Counted from the stretch's first letter, positions 36,965 through 53,525 are shown. The stretch: 64,000 nucleotides of DNA from Curvularia clavata (GCA_023920165.1 CP089279.1:682001-746000); one strand, 5' to 3'. The notes: a model not told the origin generated them from the sequence alone. Program-made: numbers and translations.

Positions 36965-38704
36965 ATGGACACAATGCACGGCTTCACCTCCTTCGTCAAC
37001 CCCCAGGACCTGGAGAACCACGGCGCCGCCGACTTCCAGGACTCGCTGTGGCAGATGCGCCTCGACGCCCATGCCTTCCCCCAGCCCTACGACACGGGCG
37101 TCCTGGCCTCGTCCGGCGACCGCACAAGCAGGAAACAGGACTCGGCCCTCGACCTGACCTCCTTCTCCACCCACTCGTACCCGTGCATCCGCCCCGAGGA
37201 CGACTTCACCTCGTTTGTCAATACGGCCCAGTCGACGCCCACCTCCAACACACCCTCACCACACGAAAACTTCATCTTCAGCAACGCAAACTCGCCGGGT
37301 GACTTCAAGAGCGAGCAGAGCCAGACCAGCTCGCCAGAGACTTGCAACGACTCCCTCGCCAACGACAGCTGGCCCGCCATCCACATTCCCCAGCCAGTCA
37401 AGCAGCCACTTGTGTCGATTGCCCTCGACAAGAACAAGAACCGCGCCGAAACTCAGATCAAGACCACCGTCACACTAGACCCCCTCTCCCCGCACTACCA
37501 ATGGATACGCTTCCCCCGCCAGAACCTCGCAAAGCCAAAGCAAATGGCCAGCACCGAAGAGGTCGAGGCCAACGAGAAGAACAACTGCACCACCCGCCTG
37601 CAGCTGGCTCTTGTGCTGGCTACCGCCGTCGAGAAGCCAGAGGGCTTGGAGCGTGCCTTGCGACGTGCGCGGGGCGACGAGCCCACCCCGCGCCGTCCAC
37701 GCGGCGTCGCCATCACTGACATTGCCAAAGAGGACCGCTGCCACCCGCAAAACGGCGGTGCCGTCATCATCTGCGAGGGCTGCAAAGAGCGCGAGGCTAA
37801 GCGCTTCAACCGCAAGAAGAAGCGCGAGGCCGACGACGAGAAGGAGTGGTCGAGCTACGAAGACGACCGCATCATCATGATCAACGAAAAGGAGTTCAAG
37901 CGGTGGCAGGACAATGACAGCACAGACTTTTCCGCCGCTGCGAAAAAGGTCGAGTTCGTCATGCGGATAACATGCTACTGCAGGCACCAAGAGGACAAGT
38001 CGCCCGTTGGCTACCGCGTCATCTTCACCTTCAAGGATGCCGCCGACAACTTGCTCGCCCAAGAGATTTCTGAAATTGTCCAAATCACAGACGACCACAA
38101 GAACAAGGAAAACCCGTCCGAGGCGTTGAGCGCCCTGACCATTCCCACAGGCCCTCATGAGGCCATGCCCATGCAGTACGCCGTCCCGATCCCCGAGTAC
38201 TCGCCTACCGTCTGCAGCAGCCAGTACTCATTGCCCACGACGCCCATTGTTCCCCAGGGCCCGGGCCTGCCCCACTCGCAGAGTGTATTCTTTCCCCGAG
38301 AGGCTCAGTACTCTCGCATGATGAACTCTGCCATGACGGCTCAAGCCACCAACCAGACTGGCATGAATTTCTACGGCAATGCCATGGCTGCCCCTCCTCC
38401 AACACAGCAATACGCCAACCACCAGCGAGGCGCAAGCTACTTTCAGCCCGCCATGCTCAGCCCCACCGGCGACCAGATCCCTCAGAACGGCTACCCACTC
38501 CAGCGTCCTCACTCGCTCGACAGCTTCCCTCAGACATTCAACTTCCAGTTCCCTACACAACCATCGTATCCTCAAGTCTATTCTTCACAACCACCATCGC
38601 GCGCCACGTCGCGACCAGCATCGCCAACATGGGACCAAGGGCGAGGCGCAAAGAAGATGCGCGCCCAGCCTGGCTTCATGTTATACGAGGACTTTGAAGA
38701 GTGA
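36965..38704 (+). CDS. Putative transcription factor with Spt23/Mga2-like DNA-binding region
   Basis: First ATG in good context (gccATGg) at 36965, strong C-ending codon bias. RAETQIK, LAKPK, ICEGCKEREAKRFNRKKK and MRITCYCRHQEDK..GYRVIFTFKD resemble the Spt23/Mga2 N-terminal domain. Q/P/S-rich C-terminus. Confidence 0.75.
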   Translation: MDTMHGFTSFVNPQDLENHGAADFQDSLWQMRLDAHAFPQPYDTGVLASSGDRTSRKQDSALDLTSFSTHSYPCIRPEDDFTSFVNTAQSTPTSNTPSPHENFIFSNANSPGDFKSEQSQTSSPETCNDSLANDSWPAIHIPQPVKQPLVSIALDKNKNRAETQIKTTVTLDPLSPHYQWIRFPRQNLAKPKQMASTEEVEANEKNNCTTRLQLALVLATAVEKPEGLERALRRARGDEPTPRRPRGVAITDIAKEDRCHPQNGGAVIICEGCKEREAKRFNRKKKREADDEKEWSSYEDDRIIMINEKEFKRWQDNDSTDFSAAAKKVEFVMRITCYCRHQEDKSPVGYRVIFTFKDAADNLLAQEISEIVQITDDHKNKENPSEALSALTIPTGPHEAMPMQYAVPIPEYSPTVCSSQYSLPTTPIVPQGPGLPHSQSVFFPREAQYSRMMNSAMTAQATNQTGMNFYGNAMAAPPPTQQYANHQRGASYFQPAMLSPTGDQIPQNGYPLQRPHSLDSFPQTFNFQFPTQPSYPQVYSSQPPSRATSRPASPTWDQGRGAKKMRAQPGFMLYEDFEE

Positions 38705-41010
38705 ACATGCTGCATGACACGATAGTACGACTTATGAGACACACACAAAAAGGCATGGCACCATGCATATAAGCGGGCATATGAGCGGCGTTTTTTTTCA
38801 AAGGGCTTGTATTGTAATACGTGGGTTGACCAAATCTGGGCGGGCAAATTCATCATCATTCATGATACGGCTCCTTCTCCTGGTGCAGCCCCTGGGCCAC
38901 GACGCCTCGGGAACATGACCGGCACTTCTTTTCTTGCAGGGAATCAGTTCATGGGTATGGGGCTTCGGCCAAATCATTTTCTTTGGAGGAAAGAGAAGGG
39001 GGTTCGGCCTCTTTTTTCTTTCTCTCTTCCTCTTGATTCTTACATACAACACTTTTTTTTGTCTCTTTCTCTCCGGCATCTGTCTATCTTCTCTTGGCTA
39101 CCCATGAGTTTTGGGTTGTGTTTCGATTGGACGGATGGACTGTTTCCTCCGGAAACTCATTGAGGCATAGATTTCTTGAGATTTTTTTCTGAATTTGCGG
39201 TTACTTATTACGAAGGGGTTTTCGGATAACTTATGATTTTAATTTTTAGACTATTTACCTTACCCACCTGTTTTTTTTTCCTTCTCTTGGATAGCAAATT
39301 CTAGTTGCTGCTATGCCCTTTGGTGGCATGATGAGCTTCTTCTTCAATACTCTTTCTCGCTGCGTGAATTATGGTGTCTCTCTTCCTCCGCTGTCATTAT
39401 CACACCCAAGTGCCGTGTGGTGTGGTGTCCACTCTGTCGGTGCGGATACGTTTCACCGAGCCACCTTCCCTTCGTGGGGCCTCGCCCCTCCCCCTCCCTC
39501 CCTCTCCCCGCTCTCCTTCCCTCTTTTCCTTACTCGATTCACACAAAATATACCGTGCCCTACTCACATAATACGCTCTCTCATAGATATCATCATCGCA
39601 CATGATAACGTGAGGTGGCGCCGGCGGCGTCTTGCGTGATCCCCCCGTCAGCTTGGCCTAACTCGGGCCCTGCGCAAGCTTACCTAGGCTATCGGCATCG
39701 GTGGTGATTGCTTGGTCTAGATTTGGGTTTGGAATGGTCGGCGAGGAGAGGGCATGGGTATGGGCATGTGAAGGGTATGTGGACAGGTCCGAATCGCTGC
39801 TCGCTGAGCAGAGATAGCGAGGATAGGAAGGAGGAAGTATCATACGATACCATTCTGTCTTATCCTTGCCTATCCTTCTCTCACCATCCCTCTCTCTCTC
39901 TCTTTCGTCTCGTTGTATAGGTAGTCATGGCGTGCATGCGTCGTCGTCATCCTACATCTCCCCTTTCACTTCCCCTCCTTCCCGCACCGCTCCGTACCGC
40001 TCCCTCCACCCTTCCCCCCTTCCCCCGCTATCACATGAGATGACTTTGTGTGGCACAAACCTGTATCCCTACATATGCACTGTACGTTGCCCTGCACCCC
40101 TGCCTGTCAGCTGTCTATCTGTCTCTTTTGCCCCTACATACGTAGGTACACATGAGATACATACGTACGTATGTATGTGCTCAAACAAGCGGTCGCACAG
40201 AGCGTGGTGCCTGCGAGGGACCCCGAGGCTGGGTTCGTGTAGCATGTTTGTGTAGCGTGTTCGTGTTTGTTCCAATTCAGCGAGGAAGAGGGGTGAGGGG
40301 GTAATATGGGATGGATTGACTTGGTAGTTATGAAGTAATGGATTGATATCGACTTCATTTATTCGCTGTATCGAGCGAGATGAAGTTGAGTGGCTCTGAA
40401 TAGGACTCACGATGCTACTACCTACCTTGTACGTGATTGTGAACGAGGTTCAAAAACGCCATCGAGTAAAACACTTTATAATATCAATGGTTATATGTAC
40501 GGCGAACTTATGAAACAAGGCATCGTATCCAAAGACTATATCCACAAGGAACACACACACAAACATCTCGTGTAACCGCCATGAGCTCATCCAAGTCGTT
40601 GCGAAATACGTAATCAGTCCTGATATGGCCAAAAAAAAAGAGATAAAAACTCGCTGACACATAACGGCGTAAGAATAACGTTACCGAAACCGCATCCATG
40701 TACATGAGAAAGAAAATTGACGAAGGAAAAGAATCAATCTACCCACCATCATCAAAGATATGGGCAGATGACCCACAAAGGCCAGGCCACTACAGCAACC
40801 ACGACGACTCGGTGCTGCCAGTGGGTTCACAAGGCGAAACCGAAGAGCCAACGCCAGCCCACCACCGGGAGAGCGAGCTGCAACGGCCCGAAGCCGCCTC
40901 TTCACGTGTCGGTTACGCCTGCTACATCTGCCCATGCATGGCTCGAGCATGTGCGGTGCACGGCAGACACAAAGGATGGTCGCACAAACCCAGGGCCTCC
41001 TTCGCATAGG

Positions 41011-42968
41011 CTAAAATCCTGCAGCACCCGCCTTTCTGTACTCCTGAAAGTTGCTGACAGGGGGAATGGAGGGGTCTTCATGACGCCGAACCTCCTCTTC
41101 CCACTTCTCTTCTTCCTGGGCGTGTGTGGCTTCGAAGGCGGCGGATTGACCCCGGTGGAAGTAGAGCGGCGCGCGCTTGAGCAGAGCTACCTCTTGCGTT
41201 ACGAGAATGTGCTTGACACTCGATCCTATTCTTTTTGTTAGAGAACCCACACATACACTCGCCATTTCGGTTCGACAGCAAATACGTACCAGGCGTCTCG
41301 TACTTGGCCTGTAGGAGAAGCTGATCCACAATGTGCCGCAACCCGCGCGCACCTGTCCCCATTTTACTCGCTTTCCGTGCAATCTCACGCAGAGCGCCGG
41401 TTGTGAAGCGCAGCTCGATGTTCCTGAGATACGACTTGTGCTCTTCCTGTCGGATGAGGCTGTCTTTGGGCTCGGTGAGTACGCGGACCAGCGCGTCTTC
41501 ATCCAGAGCTGCCACTGCACACACGGTAGGTATTCGGCCGATGAGCTCAGGTATCATGCCAAACTTTTGCAAGTCCTCGGGCTGTACATGGTCCAGCACG
41601 TTGACCTTTTCTTCCTTTTCGACTCGCCTGATGCCAAATGGGTTAGGCACCTCGGTCTTTGGTGGGACAAAAAATGGCGAGTCCTTTCGGAACAGCTCGG
41701 CCTCTGCACCTCTCAGCATGACACCATCGGCGGCTGCATGTGCGTTGGACGACCGTATCGACGCGCCGAAGCCCATACTGCTCTTTGACTTTCGGTCGAG
41801 GATGATCTTGTGGAGGTTGGAGAATGCTCCAGTACAGATGAAGAGAATATTATCGGTTCGGATGTTGAAGACCTCGCCCTTGCTGGCTCCTGGTCCAGGA
41901 GGCTGAGGTGTGTCCATCCTGCCGGTGCCATGCGACCCGCCTGGTCTGTTTGCGCTCTTCTCTGGTTTGGCTTGCACCTGAACCGTAGTGCCTTCAATGA
42001 TCTTGAGCAGCGCTTGTTGGACGCCCTCTCCGCCCACGTCTTTGCCATACGACATCTTTGTACCAGCGATTTTGTCAATCTCATCCAACACAATGATGCC
42101 GTGCTCGGTGGCTTCAATGTCATAGTTTGCAGCAGAGAACAGACGAGCTACACACGATTCTACATCATCACCAATGTACCCAGCTTGGGTAAAGGTAGTG
42201 CAGTCGGACATGGAAATGGGAAGGCCCAGTGTCTTTGCAAGTGTCTTGCACATGAGTGTCTTTCCTACACCTGTTGGGCCGAGTATGAGCACATTGGACT
42301 TTTCTATCAACAGTGGACGCTCGCTGGTGTCGAGCAACGAATCGGGGTCGGCCGGGGATTCCGACGCTGGTCTATACGATGGGGCTTCGCCAAACGAGGG
42401 GGGACTATGACTGTGCAACTCTACGGTGGATTGCTGGCCTGGGAACTCATCTAGTGTTTCTTAGTCGCATGTCAGGCTTGGAAATACAGATGCGGCTGGG
42501 GATTGAGCCAAGATGAGATCTGGAGCTACCTTCTACTGGATGCCGGAAGACGGATGCCCTCCTCTGGGCCTGAGCCTCGAGTCTCGCTTGCTCTTGCTGC
42601 TGCCGCTTGAGCTCCTGGATACGCAAATGGTGCTCGTGGACAGCTACACTCAAGACTATCTTGGCGCGATCCTGGTCGACTACGAACTGGTCCAGGTGCT
42701 GCCGGAGCACCTTGGGCGTGATGTGACTGGCGCCTACATTACTCGCGTTACCAAGCGGCCCTCGTGTTGGCTGGTCTGGTTCGTAAAAGGACGAGTAGCC
42801 CTGGCCGCTAAAGTCTGAGCGATGGAACCTCGACGACTTGCGCGTATGCGGCTGCGATAGCGACAGACGGGTGCCGCGCGAGATGCTGTAGAGGGCAAGG
42901 TAGGAGGCGCGTGCCTGCGGGGAGACAGCCAGCGGGAGAGCTCGCTGGATGGAGCGGGAGAGCAGCAT
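41011..42968 (-). CDS. clpX: Mitochondrial ClpX AAA+ ATPase
   Basis: Arg/Ser-rich presequence, LDQFVVDQDRAKIVLSVAV, EKSNVLILGPTGVGKT, QAGYIGDDVE, DEIDKI, DVGGEGVQQALLKIIEG, TGARGLR. Introns 42529-42451 and 41289-41226. Confidence 0.95.
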
Positions 42969-43563
42969 GGTGAGAGAGGAGGGCGTGAGAGCACTTCACA
43001 TGACTGGGAAGCGCGTAGGGTATATAAGCCAGGTCACGAGGCTATGCAATAGTCCCAAGACGGCAGTGAGGTTAACCGTGGTTGAGCCGCCCGCGAGCCT
43101 CTCCCCACCCATCGAGCTGAGATGCGGGGAAAGCTCTCCACGGCCGCCGCCCGATAAGGGACAAGCGGACATGGCCAAGCGCACCCGTCCAGCGCCATCG
43201 CCCAAGGCCAGCGCGAGGCCTGCTGCAGTTAGGCGTCTTCACAAGGGCTAGGCGATTTTATGAACATCCGAAAAATTGTGCGTAAATCCTGCCGGTAATG
43301 TTGGGAGTGGTGGCGGGGGCGCGTTGCCTCTTCTAGTCACCAGCAAGCTATGACGTTGGAAAGACAGGTTAATCACCATTGTGTTGAGAGCTGCTCTCTG
43401 TAAACGGGTTAATGACCCCGCAAAAAGGAAATGATCTCTCCTGCACTCGCCCTGCAGGGTTACCTTTGCCTTGACGACTCTTCTTTCAAAAGCCACTGAT
43501 CCAGACAGCAAACTTGTCATCTGTACAATCTGCGCGTTGCCATTGACCGTCTCACCACACACC

Positions 43564-45942
43564 ATGGAGCTCACCGACGCTTCAGCAAACTCGACTATGA
43601 GCGAGGCACCAGGGAAGATCCCCAACGACGGAACAGGTATGAAACTTGTCGTGCCGTTGCGTGTCAATTGACTAATCTGCTCATGTGTAGGCATTATCCA
43701 GCTCGACGGCTATCTCGAGCCCTTCAAGGACGCGCTCAAGAGCCGCTTCTCCAAGGCGCAGAAATGGATAAAGACAATCGACGAAACAGAGGGTGGCATG
43801 GAGAAGTTCTCGCGGGTACGTGTCTTGCTCATCTCACCGTGGCCACATCACTCACGGCCTACAGGGTTTCGAGAAATTCGGCTTTAATGTCCAGCCCAAT
43901 GGCGACGTCGTATACCGCGAATGGGCCCCGAATGCCCTGCGTGCATACCTGATTGGCGACTTCAACAACTGGGATCGTGATGCCACGCCCATGACCAAGA
44001 ATGATTTCGGTGTCTTTGAGGTGACGGTGCCCAACCAGAACGGCCAGCCCGCCATTCCCCACGACTCCAAAATCAAGGTACGTCGACGCTTATTGAGTAG
44101 AAACCAGGGCTGACAGAACAGGTCTCGTTTGTGACCCCCAACGACCATGCGCGCCAGGAACGCCTGCCGGCCTGGATCACCCGAGTAACCCAAGACCTCA
44201 ACGTATCCCCCGTATACGACGCGCGCTTCTGGAACCCGCCCCAAAAGTATGTGTGGAAGAACCAGCGGCCGCCAAAGCCAAAGAGTGCGCGAATCTACGA
44301 GGCCCATGTCGGCATATCCTCGCCTGAGCCAAAGGTTGCGACATATAAGGAGTTTACACAGAACATCCTCCCGCGCATTCAGCGTCTGGGATACAACACG
44401 ATACAGCTCATGGCAGTCATGGAGCATGCCTACTATGCCAGTTTTGGATATCAGATCAACAGCTTCTTTGCTGCCAGCAGTCGCTATGGTCTTCCAGACG
44501 ACTTGAAAGAGCTTATTGATACTGCGCATGGCATGGGCATCACAGTGCTGCTGGATATGGTCCACAGCCACGCTTCTAAGAACGTGCTGGATGGCCTGAA
44601 TATGTTTGATGGAAGTGACCACCTTTACTTCCATGAGGGTGGAAAGGGACGCCACGATCTGTGGGACAGCAGACTGTTCAACTACGGTCACCACGAGGTC
44701 CTGCGCTTCCTTCTCAGCAACCTGCGCTTCTGGATGGAGGAGTACTGTTTCGACGGCTTCCGCTTTGATGGTGTTACTAGCATGCTGTACACTCATCACG
44801 GTATCGGAACGTAAGTATAGCGTATCTTTTGTCACTATAGATACTAATTCCTGCAGGGGTTTCTCGGGCGGTTACCACGAATACTTTGGCGACTCTGTAG
44901 ATGAAGAGGCGGTCGTGTACCTGATGCTGGCCAACGAGCTGCTGCACACCATCTACCCTGACTCCATCACCATAGCAGAAGATGTCTCTGGCATGCCCGG
45001 CCTCTGCGTACCACTCTCGCTGGGTGGAATCGGGTTCGACTACCGACTAGCCATGGCGGTGCCGGACCTCTATATCAAGTGGTTGAAGGAGAAGCAGGAT
45101 ATTGACTGGGACATGGGCGCTCTTGTCTTCACTTTGACAAACCGGCGTCACGGCGAAAAGACAATCGCCTATGCCGAGAGTCACGACCAAGCGTATGTTC
45201 ATTCAAATGTGTGTACGACTACACTGACATAATATAGGCTGGTGGGAGACAAGACACTGCTCTTCTGGCTCTGCGATGCGCAGATGTACACAAACATGTC
45301 GGTTCTCACAGAGCTGACTCCTGTTATTGACAGAGGTCTGTCGCTGCACAAGATGATCCGCCTGATCACGCACGGCCTTGGAGGCGAAGGCTATCTGAAC
45401 TTTGAAGGCAACGAGTTTGGTCACCCAGAGTGGCTAGACTTCCCACGCGAGGGCAACAACAACAGCTTCCACTACGCCCGCCGTCAATTCAACCTTCCTG
45501 ATGATGATCTCCTCCGCTACAAGTTCCTCAACGACTTTGACAGCAAGATGCAGTGGACTGAGGAGAAGTACGGCTGGCTCCACTCGCCGCAAGCCTACGT
45601 CAGCCTCAAGCACGAGGGCGACAAGGTCATTGTATTTGAGCGCGCCGGCCTCCTCTGGATCTTCAACTTCCATCCTTCCAACAGCTTCACCGACTACCGT
45701 GTTGGTGTTGAGCAGGAGGGCACATACAGGATTGTCATTAGCACTGACAGCAAGGTATTCGGTGGCCACGGCAACGTGGACGAGTCGACTCGCTTCTTCA
45801 CCACTCCGTTTGCCTGGAACAACAGAAAGAACTTTTTGCAGGTCTATATTCCCAGCAGGACCGCCATTGTAAGTCGTCTTTTTCGCAGTGGAAGTGATTG
45901 TGCTAACGAGAACAGGTGCTTGCGCTTGAGAACACTTTGTAG
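43564..45942 (+). CDS. GLC3: 1,4-alpha-glucan (glycogen) branching enzyme, GH13
   Basis: [51 protein letters not shown] and [14 protein letters not shown] motifs. Multiple short introns; stop TAG at 45940-45942. Confidence 0.96.
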
Positions 45943-47920
45943 ATTGATATGGGGAGCGAGTAGAATTCTGTTGTTAGCTAGAATGGATAACTAGATGTAA
46001 TATGAAACAAAAGCTTTTGCCATTAGCCTTGTCGTAGTGTCATTGATGTGTGAGAGATAATCAAATTACTAGTGCCACTCTGTGACCAAAAGCTCTGTGG
46101 TCAGTAGTGTCGCAGCTGTTGGGATAGAGGGTTGTAATTTAGCGCTATTGCCCTTAGAATCGCTAGAACAAATGTACATGATCCATTATCACGTGACGTA
46201 CCCGCGTAAAACCGCCTCAAACTCGCCAGCTTGCAGTCTCCATCACCAGAACAATATTCATTTTGTGAAAAACATCTTGTAATTCTAGATATATCTGCAC
46301 CTACTACCATGTCTCTATGTGCTGAGAAGTGCGTTTTTATCAGTGTTGGCAAGTGGCTGCACTTGTGGTAGACAATTTTTTCTCAACTTTGTCGGTATAG
46401 TCTGAGCATTACGTTTACTATCTTTGATTTTCAGTTGCGTGTTTATGTTTTTCAGATGCGAAAGGATATGTGAGTGCAGTGATGGACTGACTGCGATGAT
46501 GTGACGGAAACGGTGGGTTATGTGCACCGATTTGAAAAGGCTTAATTAATTGAGCGCTCATTTCGTGAATGCAGCCACCCTGGTGATACTGTCCTTTCAG
46601 ATGCTTTCTGAAAAGATAGCGTAAGGGTGTTGGATCGACCGATCAGCTGCCCAAGTCAATGGTGAGAATGGGGATGCAGTGGGCATGGGTAGGAGTCGAA
46701 GTTGTCAAACGTCCAGATTGACGTTGGTCGACTTGTGGCAGATACATGAGATTTTGATAATGGGGATTCAGCATGCCCGAATATTAGTTGAGGCTGCTCA
46801 ACATTCAGGGTTGACAGTGGTCGACTTGTGACAGGTACGTAAGACCTCAGTGACATGCAAGAATCACTCGGGTGAGTGGTAGCGTTGCAGAGCTGCCGTA
46901 ACTATGACAGATAGGTTCTGCCTCCTATTAGGAGAGAAGACGTGCTGGCAACTGCAGAAAGCGTGATATACTTAGCATCGACAACTTTTCCATTAGTTGA
47001 TAGATCTTTTTTCGCTCTGTACACTAGTGTAAGTAAAGCGAGTCCATAGAGGAAGTATGTGCCACCTTTACTTAAATGCCACTACGGGCTAATTCAAAAC
47101 AATTGACCCATATTTTAATCAATGGCTCGACTGAAATTGGTCAAAGACTATCACAGATGAATTTACTTGAGCCTTAGCCAACGTGGTATCGAAGAATGAA
47201 CTTTGTTTCTCAGATTTGAATAGTCACTTCTCTCACAATTAGCACACTGAGTCTCTGCAATCTTGACCATATCTGTATCTCCCCTACTATTGCATCATCG
47301 GTGGGCTCGTTGATAGGGTCTACATCGGTGCCTAGATAGAAACTGACTGTGTTCACAGAGCTCATTCCCTGTTGTTTATTCCAAGTCAAATGAAAAACAT
47401 CCCAAACTTGCTATTCCGGCTGCTCCGAGAGAACTGAGTCTCATCTTTTGGAATCAACCTTCAGACGCCAAGCAACCTCTGTATCTAGAGCAGCCCTATT
47501 CCAGCGAGGCAAAGTCCACTTTGACCTTGGAGGAAATGTGGCAGAAAATATATATGCATGCCAGGACAGATGTCAGAATCATGACAGATGGTATTCTTTG
47601 ATGTAATAGCAGGTGCAAAAATGGATCATGTGTGATCAGAGAAAATTGCACCACGGAATCGTATGCAACACCAAATTGGAGTGGATAGTCAGCAACATGA
47701 ACACAAATTGAGTCTTTAGCCTAGCATAATTCTTCCAAACCTTGCACGTCCATGCACCTCAGTTGAGGGGTGCGTTGGAGTTAGGTTATGTTAATGGTGC
47801 TGGGGGTTATCCGACAAAGATCCGTGCGCTTAGCGCCATCCGGTTGTTTGAGCAGGAAAGAGCTTCACAGCTCCTTCCACCACATACCCTCCACACACCA
47901 CGCCCAACCAACGTCTCACA

Positions 47921-50694
<2,774 letters not shown>

Positions 50695-51815
50695 ATGGGC
50701 CTCGATGGTGGGTGAGGAGTCGGCCAATGTGTTCAGGGCAATTCGCTGGTAGTTTCACTTTGTACAAAAGATACACCTCCGAATATTCGAGATTATGAGC
50801 GAGTGTCCTGACGTGCGTGGCTTTCTGTAGTCTATGTTACATGAAGAATCAGCTTTTCTTGTTCAACGAATGATGCTTGTGGTCCGTTATCAGTTGTGCT
50901 TTCACGGCTGTTATTAAGGCGTGTGTGACTAACAGTTTCATAGCAACTTCCTTTTCGCAGCACGCGTCCCTGTGTGCAGGATCCAGCGTCTGGTTCAGAG
51001 CTCTATGGAGGAGTTTTCTGCAAACAGCATTGGCTTGTAGAGAAATCAAAACAAAACATACAACACGCACTTCGACACACTGTTTTTATTGTGCCAGATA
51101 GTATGTTTTGTAAGACAGGCTAGCAAACTCGAGGGTCGCCTAAAGCGAACGGCTACAGGTATATCACGTGAGCGCTTCTATCTAAAGCAGCTTCCAATTC
51201 ACTAGTAATACTGTCGACCTGACCAAGGACAATGGACTCCACTTGAGGCGGTCGGACTTTATATGACACGGTCGGGCTTTACCTGAGAAGGTTGAGTTTA
51301 ACCTGACTGGTCATATGCTGCTACAGGTGATTGCTGAGCAAAGATGCAAGCTTTGGGAACCAACTGCTAATCAGATCAGTCACTCCAGGTCTCGACATGC
51401 CCCTGTTCTCTGGGCCTAGGTAATACAGTTTGCGCAGTGAGAGCGCGCTCTAACTTCACACTCACACTCACCGTGTTGAGGTAAAGCACGGTCCGTTTGT
51501 CACGCTGCTGCCTCGTGGCGACGACATCAGGGTCCATGGGCACCTGCTAGAAGATATCAAGACCCCCACCTGCCTTCTCTCACCTCTTCTTATTTTCCCT
51601 CCACCTCCGCCTCCCACCTCTCGTCTCTTCGCAAACTGCCTCGTATATATCAAACCCCTTCCCATTTCAGGCCCAGACCTCTGGGCCAAAGTTTCAAGAC
51701 CCTGTTTTCAAGGGTCACATCCAATGCCAGCGGCGATCTTAAGGGCCGTGTCGATTGGGATAATGCCGAACTGGACAATGTCCACCAAGCTGCTGTCCTA
51801 CTTCTCCGCGTCACC

Positions 51816-52249
51816 ATGTCGACGTGTAAGCCCTACCCTTCCGTCGTCTTTTCACGCATGTGTGGACCCTTTGCTAACATCTATTGTAGATAACAACTTT
51901 TCTTTCAGTTTCGGTGGCTCGGTAAGTACCCCTTCTACTTGCCTCATTGTGTTTGACTAATGTTTTCCTAGGGTGGTGGCCGTGATGGCCGTGGAGGCCG
52001 TGGTGGAAGAGGAGGAGGAGGAGGAGGAGAGAAGAAGAAGAACGACGTGCGGTGCCACCGGTAACTTGTTCCCTTTCCCTCTTCCCTATCTTTTTTTTTT
52101 TCATATCTTGAGCTTGTGCTAACGGTCTTACTTGTAGTTGCTGTGGCCGCGGCCAGCTTTGCCGCGACTGTCCATCTGGGCTTCAAGCCCTCCCCTCCAC
52201 CCCCGAGACCGTCCAGGCCATTGTCCTGGCCCTCGCCACTCTTGCCTAG
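51816..52249 (+). pseudogene. RGG/zinc-knuckle gene copy 1, degenerate (His-to-Gln in knuckle, early TAG)
   Basis: Exons 51816-51825, 51890-51921, 51972-52060, 52138-52249 give MSTYNNFSFSFGGSGGGRDGRGGRGGRGGGGGGEKKKNDVRCHRCCGRGQLCRDCPSG..LA*. Same intron positions as copy 2. Confidence 0.55.
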
Positions 52250-52809
52250 CCCGCCGCTGCCGCCACCACCACCACCACTAGCAGCAGCAGTAGCAACAAC
52301 AATGTTGCGGCCGATGGCCCTACCACCTCTGCTGCCCTCACCCACAGTCCCCCCTACCGCCTCCGCCCACCTTCATGACTTGATGTTGAAAGACGAAATA
52401 CAGCGGTGATCCTTTTGTGACGGGAGGGTTTTGGGGGCGTTTCTCTTTGAAAAAAGAAAAGATCTCGATTTAGAGAGTGAAGCTTCTTGAGAAATTGAAA
52501 TCTTCTTCCTTTGACTATTCTGACATGTTAGCTTCCATTTAACGGATGACATCCACCTCAGTCTTGGTAGTGACAGTCTTTGACTTTCGGCCCCTCTCCT
52601 GGGGCGCGTTTGGCGAAATCGTTCCCTGCTCTTAGATATGGTGTACAGTCTCGGTAGAAGAAGCCGCTGCCGCCGTGCAACGTCGCGGTGGCTGACATCG
52701 CCGTGCCTGCCTTGATGGCAGTCGCTGGCTGATGGACCCACTAGGCTATTAAAGGGTTTCTATCGCATGCCCGCTCCATTTCTTCTTTTTCCTTCAGGTT
52801 TTTTTCATC

Positions 52810-53433
52810 ATGTCGACGTGTAGGTCACGACCACATTTCCCTACCCTCGAATGCCATTCTTTGGATTTCCCGTCACCTCTCTTTACCCTTCCGTCCTCTT
52901 TTCACGCACGTGCATACCCTTTGCTAACATATATTGCAGACTACAATATAACAATCGGTGCCGGCTTTGCCGGCGGTGCTGTAAGTACCCCTTCTACTTG
53001 CCTCATTGTGTTTGACTAACTTTTTCCTAGCGTGGTGGCCGTGGTGGCCATGGTGGACGTGGTGGCCGTGGAGGCCGTGGTGGAAGAGGAGGAGGAGGAG
53101 AAAAGAAGAAGAAGAAGGAGGTGCGGTGCCACCGGTAAGTCATTCCCTTTCCCTGACCTTTTCCTCTTCCCAACCTTCTTTCTCTTCCTAACCTTCTTCC
53201 TCTTTCTAACTTTCTTCTTCTTCCTAATCTTCTTTCTCTTCTTAACCTTCTTCCTCTCCTTCTCTCTTCCCTCTTTTGTCTATATTTTGAGCTTGTGCTA
53301 ACGGTCTTTCTTATAGTTGTGGTGGTCGCGGCCACATTCGCCGCGATTGTCCGTCAGGACGTGATGCGACTTTCGAGGCCGCTGTTCAAGCAGCGGTCGA
53401 GAGAGCGCTCGCTGGCCTGGCGGGCAACACCGC

Positions 53434-53525
<92 letters not shown>

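Noticed and set aside
43852..44835. 327-aa ORF on the minus strand
   Set aside because: Antisense shadow of the branching-enzyme gene.
46719..46845. Imperfect ~35-bp direct repeat (TGGTCGACTTGTG core) twice, about 92 bp apart
   Set aside because: Only two copies and no associated feature; not a CRISPR-like array.
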